A stretch of DNA of 63,381 bases, filler included, from Eubacteriales bacterium (GTDB lineage Bacteria > Bacillota > Clostridia > Oscillospirales > CAG-382), in the NCBI GenBank assembly GCA_045636665.1. It is 4 parts of 4 records of this genome, joined end to end, with 100 filler letters (N's around TTAATTAATTAA, not from the genome) between each part and the next. Parts side by side here need not be neighbours in the genome. Positions count along the whole stretch, not along the records: positions 43,345 to 61,707 come from JAZTXY010000016.1; positions 61,808 to 63,381 come from JAZTXY010000032.1; 2 more parts are not named here. One strand, 5' to 3'. Positions 55,479 through 63,381 of the stretch are shown here, piece by piece. The translations under genes were made by a program, and so were the position numbers. The notes under the pieces are model-generated. The model ran no database searches, had not been told where the DNA came from, and saw nothing but the letters and a program-made list of their open reading frames with translations. Every line of letters begins with the position of its first letter. The stretch's first letter is position 1.

Positions 55479-56606
55479 ATGAACGAACGCAATATTGCAG
55501 AGATCCGCAGAAGAATGCGTCCCGATAAGCATAATATCGGACGTGTCAGAGGATGCTATGTAAACGATAACCATAACATTATTTCCGAATTTAACCAATC
55601 CTTCGGTCTTATTTCAAACGACGAAGCCGAAGAAATTCTTTCACATGTAAGAAAAACGCTTTCAGGCTCGATCGGCAGAAATCTAATCGACATTTCCTTT
55701 TCTAACCAGCAGGTTCTTGACAGCGATGAGCACAGATTACTTTCAACGCTCCGCAGTTCATCTTTATCGGAGGACGACGCAGTTAAAGCATTTTACGAAA
55801 AGGTTATTTCATCTGTTGAAATCGAGGGCAGTTATTTTATTTTTCTCGTTAATGACAAATACGATATTTTTACGTACGATGAAAACGGCGAAAAGAACGA
55901 TTCGACCGAAACCTTTTCATACATTCTGTGCGCAGTATGCCCGATAAAAAATTCGAAGCCCTCGCTCGGATATTCGCTTAACGAAAGCAAATTCAAGAAT
56001 ATTATTCGCGATATGGTTATAACCGCGCCTGAGCTTGGTTTTATGTTCCCTGCTTTTGAATCAAACGGCGCAAATATTTACGAGGCATTATTCTATACAA
56101 AAGACATTTCGCTTTCTCACGAAGCGTTTATTTCCACTCTTTTTAAGTCCGACATTCCAAGACCTGCGTCCGAACAGGTTGAAAGCATTGCTCAAATTCT
56201 TAACGGCACCGTTTCGGATGATTGCAGTATTGAGCTTATTCAGTCTATCCAAGCGCAGCTTATTGAATTGACTGCCGACCATAAGACCAACAAGGATGAA
56301 GAACCCTTGACCCTTTCCGCAAAGGATATGAACACACTGCTTCGATTCGGCGGTGTAAAGGAAGATGCTATTTCTACTTTTTCCGAAAAGTTCGAAGAGG
56401 ATTTCGGCCCAACCGCCGCAATTCCCCCCGAAAATATTATGAACATTAAAAAGTTCGAGGTTAAGACACCCGAAGTAACCGTTAAGGTCAACCCCGAATG
56501 CAGCGAATTGATTCAAACCCGAATTATTGACGGAACAAAATACCTTCTCATTCGTGCCGATGGCGACGTTGAGGTGAACGGAATTAAGATTAACATTATC
56601 GAATAA
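55479..56606 (+). CDS. DUF4317 family protein
   Basis: MNERNIAEIRRR, GCYVN, YILCAVCP, PELGFMFPAF, VEVNGI, as recalled for this Clostridia family. Confidence 0.75.
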   Translation: MNERNIAEIRRRMRPDKHNIGRVRGCYVNDNHNIISEFNQSFGLISNDEAEEILSHVRKTLSGSIGRNLIDISFSNQQVLDSDEHRLLSTLRSSSLSEDDAVKAFYEKVISSVEIEGSYFIFLVNDKYDIFTYDENGEKNDSTETFSYILCAVCPIKNSKPSLGYSLNESKFKNIIRDMVITAPELGFMFPAFESNGANIYEALFYTKDISLSHEAFISTLFKSDIPRPASEQVESIAQILNGTVSDDCSIELIQSIQAQLIELTADHKTNKDEEPLTLSAKDMNTLLRFGGVKEDAISTFSEKFEEDFGPTAAIPPENIMNIKKFEVKTPEVTVKVNPECSELIQTRIIDGTKYLLIRADGDVEVNGIKINIIE

Positions 56607-56624
56607 TAAACAAGAGGTGATATT

Positions 56625-57395
56625 ATGCCGCCCGCAAACGAATACGATTTTGGTTATTATTTTTATGCACCCCAAGGACGTTTTGAGTCGTGCGGCATGT
56701 TTACCCTTGAGCATATTGTTTCTGCATTAATTTGCTTATTTGCCGTTGCTTTTTTACTTATACGTTTTAATAAAAACAACGTCGAAGCATCAAACCGAAA
56801 AATCGTTCGCATATCCGCCGTTGCATTAACCGTACTCGAAATAATTAAGATAGTCCACAGCTTTATTTACGGTGATTATCACCTTGACGCTTGGTTCCCG
56901 CTTTCCTATTGCGGTCTTTTCATTTATGCCCTTTGGATGGTTGGATACGGCAAGGGCAAAATAAAGCGGTGCGGAGAGGTATTTATTGCATACGGTTGCG
57001 CGTTTGCAGGACTGATGTTCCTAATTTTCCCCACAACTTCCCTTATGCTGTTTCCTATATGGCATTATTTTTCGATATACAGCTTGTTGTTTCATTCGCT
57101 AATGATGTTCGTTGGGGTTCGGTTATTGCTTGCAGAACAAAAATTCAACAAATCCACCTATCTTTATTATTTTGGATACGTTCTGTTTTTTGCAACCATT
57201 TCAATTATTATGAATTGCATTTTCGGTTGCAATCTTATGAATCTGCGCGAGCCTTATAATATTCCAATTCAGATTTTGCAGGATATTTACAGCGCGTTTA
57301 ACCCTGCTTATACTGTTATCGGCCTTATAATCTATATGCTCGTACCGCTTTTGATGTCAGCGGTCTTCGGGAAATTCAAAAACAAAAATCGATAA
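56625..57395 (+). CDS. YwaF-like integral membrane protein
   Basis: MFTLEH, FPLSYC, FHSLM, NLMNLREP; several TM helices. Confidence 0.65.
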   Translation: MPPANEYDFGYYFYAPQGRFESCGMFTLEHIVSALICLFAVAFLLIRFNKNNVEASNRKIVRISAVALTVLEIIKIVHSFIYGDYHLDAWFPLSYCGLFIYALWMVGYGKGKIKRCGEVFIAYGCAFAGLMFLIFPTTSLMLFPIWHYFSIYSLLFHSLMMFVGVRLLLAEQKFNKSTYLYYFGYVLFFATISIIMNCIFGCNLMNLREPYNIPIQILQDIYSAFNPAYTVIGLIIYMLVPLLMSAVFGKFKNKNR

Positions 57396-57433
57396 TAAAC
57401 ACTTGCACCTATTCGCAGTGTAAATATGAAAAG

Positions 57434-57478
57434 AACACCCTTATGATAGAATTAAACTACCGTAAAGGGTGTTTTTTT
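57434..57478 (+). terminator. Rho-independent terminator
   Basis: AACACCCTT...AAGGGTGTT followed by a T-run. Confidence 0.65.
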
Positions 57479-57501
57479 ATTAATTGAAAGCAGATAGTAA
57501 A

Positions 57502-57541
57502 AAAGTTAGCGAGCCGAATAATAACGTTCGTTCTCGCTAAC
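57502..57541 (-). terminator. Terminator after the nucleotidyltransferase gene
   Basis: GTTAGCGAG...CTCGCTAAC with a U-tract on the minus strand. Confidence 0.65.
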
Positions 57542-57559
57542 CAAATTTGATTGTTAATT

Positions 57560-58450
57560 TTATGCCCAAAGATTTTCGGGATATAATCCATCGTTTATCA
57601 TACCGTTGAGATATTCCTGAAATGCGGGCTTATCGGAGCGATATGTAACTCCCATCCACTTAGCATCGGTTTTGATTATTTGACAAGCAAATTTGCCGCT
57701 TGAAACACCATAATCAATAACTGTGGGAATATAGAATTCATCGGTAAGGATATCTGTTTTGGGATCGTTCAAGAAATTGACAAAGCATTCTTCGACATAT
57801 TGGAAAACATCGGGGGTGAAGCCCCAGAAATTCATTGAAACCAATGAATTTTCATCGATATCGTTCCAATTGCCGTTTTCTTCATATTTTGTTATGCCGT
57901 CAACACGCATAATTTTCTTAATTTCGCGGATATGCTTAATACATCCGCTTTCGCTTTCACAAATACCGCGCGCAACGTGTCCGTTTTCGGACAGTGTGTT
58001 CTTGAGAACGTAACCGGGCATCGTAAAATTTTCGGAATTTACTTGCGATAAGCTGTTAAACATAGCATTAAAGGTTTCTTTTCCGTAAAAATCGTCTGCG
58101 TTGAAAATAACAAAATTGTCATCTACGATATTTCGGCAAGCGCGCAACGCATGTGCGGTACCCCAAGGCTTCACACGGTCGGTCGGACAGGAAAAGCCGT
58201 CGGGCAAATCGTTCATGTTTTGAAAAGCGTACTCTATCTTAATATCGCCTTTAATTCTTGAACCAATGGTTTCCTCGAAAACCTCAAGGTTTTCTTCTTT
58301 GATAATAAAAACAACCTTATCAAATCCTGCGCGGATACAGTCGAATACAGAATAGTCGATTATGAATTCGCCATAATGTCCAACCGGATCGATTTGCTTC
58401 AAGCCGCCGTAGCGACTGCCCAAACCTGCCGCAAGGATAACTGCTGTCAT
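57560..58450 (-). CDS. Sugar-phosphate nucleotidyltransferase family protein
   Basis: LAAGLGSRYGGLKQ, KPWGTAHA, NADDFYG, SMNFWGF. Confidence 0.88.
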   Translation of the reverse strand: MTAVILAAGLGSRYGGLKQIDPVGHYGEFIIDYSVFDCIRAGFDKVVFIIKEENLEVFEETIGSRIKGDIKIEYAFQNMNDLPDGFSCPTDRVKPWGTAHALRACRNIVDDNFVIFNADDFYGKETFNAMFNSLSQVNSENFTMPGYVLKNTLSENGHVARGICESESGCIKHIREIKKIMRVDGITKYEENGNWNDIDENSLVSMNFWGFTPDVFQYVEECFVNFLNDPKTDILTDEFYIPTVIDYGVSSGKFACQIIKTDAKWMGVTYRSDKPAFQEYLNGMINDGLYPENLWA

Positions 58451-58473
58451 AATAACTCCTTTTAAAAGGCTAT

Positions 58474-59736
58474 TCAGCCAATCATCTCTTTTGTAATCGT
58501 AAGTGTCTTTATCGATTCATCAGAGGGTACTTCATACATATATTTGGTCATAACACCCTCAGTTACCGCACGTAATCCTCTTGCACCGCTTTTTAGCTTG
58601 TCTGCCTTTTCAGCTATTGCTTCAATAGCATCGTCCTCAAAAACAAGCTCTACGCCGTCATAAGCAAACAGCTTTTTATACTGCTTGATCAATGCGTTTT
58701 TCGGTTCTTGAAGAATACGGACAAGCGCTTCCTTATTAAGCGGTTCAAGTGTAGCGATAACGGGAATTCTGCCGACAAGCTCGGGTATAAGACCGTATTT
58801 CACAATATCCTGCTGGGTAACCTTTTTTAAGTCGGTTTCCTTCTTGCGTTCGTCGGCACTTAAGGTAGGCGCATTATAGCCAACCGTTTGACGTCCCAAA
58901 CGGGTACCAACAATATCACGCAAACCATCAAATGCGCCGCCGCAAATAAACAGAATATTCGATGTGTCGATTTGGATAAATTCCTGATTAGGATGCTTTC
59001 TTCCGCCTTGCGGAGGAACGTTGGAAACCGTTCCTTCGACAATCTTAAGCAATGCTTGTTGAACACCCTCGCCCGAAACGTCACGGGTAATCGAACGGTT
59101 TTCGCTCTTGCGCGAAATTTTATCGATTTCATCGATATAAATAATTCCGCGTTCTGCTTTTTTCACGTCGTAATCTGCCGCTTGAAGAAGACGCACAAGG
59201 ATATTTTCGACGTCTTCACCAACGTAACCTGCTTCGGTAAGCGTTGTTGCATCAGCGATAGCAAAAGGTACGTCAAGCATACGCGCAAGCGTTTGAGCAA
59301 GAAGGGTTTTACCTACACCGGTAGGACCGAGCAAAAGAACGTTGCATTTGCTGAGCTCAACGTCATTTTCGTTTTCGCTTACGCTGTTTGCATCCTTCTT
59401 TGCTTTTTTATCGGTCTTGTCTACGAGCGAATTAATACGCTTGTAATGGTTGTAAATAGCAACCGAAAGCGTAATCTTAGCTTCATCCTGACCGATAACG
59501 TATTTATCAAGCTCTGCCTTGATTTCGGCGGGTTTAGGAAGTGTAAGCGGTTTGTTTTCGGGTTCGACCTCTTCGGCAACGTTTGAAGCTACTTTCGAAT
59601 TGTATTCTTCGGAAATTTCCAAACAAAGCGTAAGACATTCATCGCAAAAATCGATATGATTGCCTTCTATCGAAAGGTTCGTTACGTGCGAAGAAGGACG
59701 ACCGCAAAAACCGCAAATATTTCTTTTATCTGCCAT
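58474..59736 (-). CDS. clpX: ATP-dependent Clp protease ATP-binding subunit ClpX
   Basis: C4 zinc finger, [30 protein letters not shown]. Confidence 0.97.
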   Translation of the reverse strand: MADKRNICGFCGRPSSHVTNLSIEGNHIDFCDECLTLCLEISEEYNSKVASNVAEEVEPENKPLTLPKPAEIKAELDKYVIGQDEAKITLSVAIYNHYKRINSLVDKTDKKAKKDANSVSENENDVELSKCNVLLLGPTGVGKTLLAQTLARMLDVPFAIADATTLTEAGYVGEDVENILVRLLQAADYDVKKAERGIIYIDEIDKISRKSENRSITRDVSGEGVQQALLKIVEGTVSNVPPQGGRKHPNQEFIQIDTSNILFICGGAFDGLRDIVGTRLGRQTVGYNAPTLSADERKKETDLKKVTQQDIVKYGLIPELVGRIPVIATLEPLNKEALVRILQEPKNALIKQYKKLFAYDGVELVFEDDAIEAIAEKADKLKSGARGLRAVTEGVMTKYMYEVPSDESIKTLTITKEMIG

Positions 59737-59744
59737 AAGGTAAT

Positions 59745-60335
59745 CTATTCTCTCTTCCCAAGCACTTGATCAACAAGACCGTATTCTTTTGCCGACAAAG
59801 CATCCATATAGTTGTTTCTGTCGGTATCCTTTTCGATAACCGAAACGTCTTTGCCGGTCGCTTCGGCAAGAAGCTCGTTCAACATCCTGCGAATACGTTC
59901 CATTTCAGCCGCTTCGATTTCCAAATTGGTGGCTTGGTCTTGGAAGTGCCCGTTAATGAGGGGTTGGTGGATCATTATCTTTGAATGAGGAAGCGCAATT
60001 CTTCTTCCCTTTTCGCCGCAGGCAAGCAATACAGCCGCCATGCTCGCGCACATACCGATGCAAATCGTGCTGACAGGACATTTAATGTAATTCATCGTGT
60101 CGTATATCGCCATACCCGCAGTTATAGATCCGCCGGGAGAGTTGATATAAAGCTTAATTTCCTTTTCGGGATCCAAACTTTCAAGATAAATCAGCTGCGC
60201 TACAACAAGCGAAGCAACAGTATCGTTGATAGGTTCGCCGATGAAAACGATTCTGTCATTAAGCAAACGGGAGAAGATATCAAAAGAGCGTTCTCCTCGG
60301 TTAGTTTGCTCGATGACCATCGGTACCAAAGACAT
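59745..60335 (-). CDS. clpP: ATP-dependent Clp protease proteolytic subunit (Asn at the catalytic Asp position)
   Basis: [26 protein letters not shown]. Confidence 0.95.
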   Translation of the reverse strand: MSLVPMVIEQTNRGERSFDIFSRLLNDRIVFIGEPINDTVASLVVAQLIYLESLDPEKEIKLYINSPGGSITAGMAIYDTMNYIKCPVSTICIGMCASMAAVLLACGEKGRRIALPHSKIMIHQPLINGHFQDQATNLEIEAAEMERIRRMLNELLAEATGKDVSVIEKDTDRNNYMDALSAKEYGLVDQVLGKRE

Positions 60336-60354
60336 AGTTGATCAACCTTTCAAT

Positions 60355-61638
60355 TTATTTTGTGGTAATAACCGCGTTTTCTTTTACGAAATCAACCGCT
60401 TTGCGAAGAACGATATCTTCGGAGATGCCCGATTCGGGAATGCTCGATTTAACGGTTTCGATATCTACATTATAGCCGGTTGCAATCTTCTTATATTCAG
60501 CTTCGATATCCTTTTTGAGTGCCTTGATCTTTTCGGTCTTAGCAATCTTAGCAAGTGCAAGACGGATCTTAACCTGTCTTTCTGCATCGGACTTGAAGTT
60601 TTCGCGAAGCTTTTCCATAGTCATACCGGTATATTGGAAATACATTTCCAAATTGCCGCCCTGAGATTGGAGACGATATTCGTAATCACGGATATAACCG
60701 TCGATTTCCTGTTGAATCATACAATCGGGAATATCGCATTCGGTGTTTGCGATGAGCGCATCAAGAAGGTCGTTTTCAACCTTGCTTTCAGCAGACTTTT
60801 CGCGACGTTCGGTAATCTTAGCCTTGATATCTGCCTTGTATTCGTCAACGCTGTTGAATTCGGAAACGTCTTTTACAAATTCATCGTCGAGTTCGGGAAG
60901 TTCCTTAACTTTAAGCTCGTGAAGCTTGATTTTAAATACAACTTCTTTGCCTGCAAGGTTTTCTGCGCCGTAATCTTCGGGGAAGGTTACGTTGATATCA
61001 AATTCTTCGCCGATGTTTTTGCCGACGATTTGTTCTTCAAAACCGGGGATAAAGCTGCCGCTGCCGAGACCAAGAGGGAATTTTTCGCCCTTGCCGCCTT
61101 CAAATGCAACGCCGTCGAGGAAACCTTCAAAGTCGATAACAGCTTGGTCGCCTTCTTGTGCTGCTCTGTCTTCAACGGTAAGCATACGGGAGTTACGTTC
61201 TCTGGTTGCGTCGATATCCTTCATGATATCTTCTTCGGTAACTTCTACAGCTTCTTTGCTAACTTCAAGACCAACGTAAGAAGAAATTTCAACGTTAGGC
61301 TTTACCCAAACCTGTGCCTTAAGAGCAACACCCTTATCGTCGATAGATACAACGTCGAGTTCAGGACGGCTTACAACGTCAAGCTTGGTAGCGTTAACAG
61401 CGTTTTCGTATGCGGTGGGAAGAAGATTGTCGAGAGCTTCATCATAAAATACGGTTGCACCGTAAAGCTTTTCGATAATGTGCTTGGGAGCCTTGCCCTT
61501 GCGGAAGCCGGGAACGTTCATTTTGGAAACGTTCTTGCGGTAAACCTTATTTACCTCGGCATCAAACGCTTCCTTTTCAATAAGAAATTCAAACTCATAC
61601 TTATTCTTTTCGATTTCTTTTGCTTTGATAGATGCCAT
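60355..61638 (-). CDS. tig: Trigger factor
   Basis: PGFRKGKAP, FIPGFEEQIVG, VTFPEDY. Confidence 0.97.
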   Translation of the reverse strand: MASIKAKEIEKNKYEFEFLIEKEAFDAEVNKVYRKNVSKMNVPGFRKGKAPKHIIEKLYGATVFYDEALDNLLPTAYENAVNATKLDVVSRPELDVVSIDDKGVALKAQVWVKPNVEISSYVGLEVSKEAVEVTEEDIMKDIDATRERNSRMLTVEDRAAQEGDQAVIDFEGFLDGVAFEGGKGEKFPLGLGSGSFIPGFEEQIVGKNIGEEFDINVTFPEDYGAENLAGKEVVFKIKLHELKVKELPELDDEFVKDVSEFNSVDEYKADIKAKITERREKSAESKVENDLLDALIANTECDIPDCMIQQEIDGYIRDYEYRLQSQGGNLEMYFQYTGMTMEKLRENFKSDAERQVKIRLALAKIAKTEKIKALKKDIEAEYKKIATGYNVDIETVKSSIPESGISEDIVLRKAVDFVKENAVITTK

Positions 61639-61707
61639 TTTGGATCCTCCGAATAATCATATTAATACATCTATACATTTTATTGAAAAACTCTACGGCT
61701 CTGCTGT

Positions 61708-61807
61708 NNNNNNNNNNNNNNNNNNNNNNNNNNNNNNNNNNNNNNNNNNNNTTAATTAATTAANNNNNNNNNNNNNNNNNNNNNNNNNNNNNNNNNNNNN
61801 NNNNNNN
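61708..61807. other. Artificial contig linker
   Basis: N44-TTAATTAATTAA-N44. Confidence 0.97.
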
Positions 61808-62484
61808 ATGCTTATCGCCGAGCATTCGATATGCCAGCCGGGGTAACCCACACCCCAAGGGCTATCCCACTTCAGCTCCTGAGAATCGAACTTGGATTTA
61901 GTGAACCAAAGCGCAAAGTCGGTTTTGTTACGCTTATTATCGTCGGCATCAACGCCGTCACGGACGCCAACCTCAAGGTCCTCGGCATCGTGCTTATTGA
62001 AAACGTAGTATTCCTGTGTTTTGGAAGTATCGAAATAGACGTTTCCGCCGCTTTCGTATGCATAGCCTTTATCGAGCAGCTTTTGAATCATCTCGATAAA
62101 TTCGTCAATACACGAGGTGGCGGGGGCAACAACGTCGGGCTTACGTATATTGAGCTTTTCGCAATCCGAAAAGAAGGCGTCTGTATAAAATTCGGCTATC
62201 TGACGGACGGTTTTATGCTCACGCTTCGCACCGTTTAGCATTTTGTCCTCGCCGTCATCCGAATCGCCTGTCAAATGGCCGACGTCGGTTATATTCATAA
62301 CACGCAAAACATCATAACCCACATAGCGAAGATATTTTTCAAGTATATCCTCCATAATATAGCTTCTCAAATTGCCGATATGGGCAAAGTGATAAACCGT
62401 GGGACCGCAGGTATACATCCTTACGGTATTGTTTTGGGCGGTGAATTCATCTTTTTGTCTTGTAAGCGAATTATAAAGCTTCAT
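61808..62484 (-). CDS. cysS: Cysteine--tRNA ligase, 3'-truncated by the contig end
   Basis: MKLYNSLTR, CGPTVY, HIGN, MNITDVGH, GYPGWHIECSA. Confidence 0.95.
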
Positions 62485-62498
62485 AGTTTCCTCTGTTT

Positions 62499-63116
62499 TT
62501 ATTTGTTGGGATTGATATTTTTCCAATTCTGGATAAGATAGGTCGAGCCCGACCAAACCGTAAAGAAGGTCATAGTCAGGACCATAACAAGTGACGGTAT
62601 ACCGTGAAGGTCGAGCGCAATCGGCTCCAAAAGTATGACGATTACAGACAAAAACTGCGTTACCGTCTTGATTTTGCCAAGCTTATTTGCGGCAACGACG
62701 ATGCCCGAATTATTCGAAAGCACAAGGCGCATAGAGGTTATTGAAAGCTCCCTGAAAATTACTATCATCGTTGCCCAAAAAATCACGTTTCTTAAAAGAC
62801 CGTCGGGCAAAACGCCGTCGTTTGCAAAGCCGAGCACATAGTCCGAAAAGCAAATCGAAACGTATGCGCCGAATATCATAAATTTATCTGCGAGAGGGTC
62901 CATAAACTTGCCAAAGGTAGTGATGAGCCCGTTTTTTCTCGCAATCTGACCGTCAAGAAAATCGGTTATCGCCGCAATGATAAATATTGACGTTGCAACA
63001 ATTCTTGAGGTGTTCAAATGCTCCTCGCCAAAGACGGGATAGATGATGAAAACTATAAAAAACGGTATAAGCAATATACGCAAAAGTGTCAGTCTGTTAG
63101 GTAAATTAAGCTTCAA
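62499..63116 (-). CDS. pgsA: CDP-diacylglycerol--glycerol-3-phosphate 3-phosphatidyltransferase
   Basis: NLPNRLTLLR, TDFLDGQIARK...GKFMDPLADK, GKIKT. Confidence 0.95.
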   Translation of the reverse strand: MKLNLPNRLTLLRILLIPFFIVFIIYPVFGEEHLNTSRIVATSIFIIAAITDFLDGQIARKNGLITTFGKFMDPLADKFMIFGAYVSICFSDYVLGFANDGVLPDGLLRNVIFWATMIVIFRELSITSMRLVLSNNSGIVVAANKLGKIKTVTQFLSVIVILLEPIALDLHGIPSLVMVLTMTFFTVWSGSTYLIQNWKNINPNK

Positions 63117-63137
63117 AACCCAAGCCCTTCTTTCGTT

Positions 63138-63381
63138 TTAATTCTCTTTTACTGTCTGACCGAGAAGGTCATAGTCGATAACCTCAAGTATCTTAACGTC
63201 AACGAAGCTACCGTCCTTAACATTATATGACGAATGAAAATAAATCTTGCCGTCAACGTCGGGCGCATCCATAACCGAACGGCCGAAAAAGCATTCCGAA
63301 ACCTTATCATAGCCTTCGGACAGTACACGTACCGTCTTGCCGACAAGTGCATGGTTCTTCTTTTTTATAACCGCCTGCTGA
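63138..63381 (-). CDS. rimO: Ribosomal protein S12 methylthiotransferase RimO, C-terminal TRAM domain (partial; absent from the ORF track)
   Basis: Manual translation: QQAVIKKKNHALVGKTVRVL...GRSVMDAPDVDGKIYF...DYDLLG; conserved rimO-pgsA order. Confidence 0.9.
   Translation of the reverse strand, partial: QQAVIKKKNHALVGKTVRVLSEGYDKVSECFFGRSVMDAPDVDGKIYFHSSYNVKDGSFVDVKILEVIDYDLLGQTVKEN

Noticed and set aside
63149..63352. 67-aa ORF from the ORF track
   Set aside because: Alternative frame over the RimO C-terminus.

Overview
Four unrelated contigs of a spore-forming Clostridia genome (probably an uncultured gut/rumen MAG; taxonomy is inference from gene content), joined by 100-bp artificial linkers (N44-TTAATTAATTAA-N44 at 16207-16306, 43245-43344, 61708-61807), so adjacency across linkers means nothing. 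Contig 1: dppA-like M55 peptidase with an in-frame TGA, a HAD hydrolase, a minus-strand run LRR lipoprotein-alaS-hit-comEC-holA-rnmV-mtaB-PurL-like ORF, an N-acylglucosamine 2-epimerase plus surface SGNH esterase, and rpsB. Contig 2: two tandem solute-binding lipoproteins, two GHL10-type glycoside hydrolases (one membrane-anchored, one with a dockerin), an ECF sigma/anti-sigma pair with mirror-image promoter motifs, a hairpin-rich MITE-like insertion, spoVB-spoIIIAA-AH, an XRE regulator, trxB-nrdD(glutaredoxin fusion)-nrdG, dacF, and a GATase-less guaA followed by a probable integrative-element boundary. Contig 3: tRNA-Pro(GGG), a short 6S-like RNA, the his operon, a second ECF/anti-sigma pair and tig-clpP-clpX. 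Contig 4: rimO(partial)-pgsA-cysS(partial). No CRISPR array, rRNA, transposase or reverse transcriptase seen. Best candidates for new biology: the ECF mirror-promoter switch, an unnamed beta-rich module repeated five times across three glycan-active surface proteins, a degenerate PurL-like protein, the terminator-duplicating MITE, the compact 6S-like RNA and a ClpP with Asn at the catalytic Asp position. All family calls come from motif recognition by eye; no searches were run.
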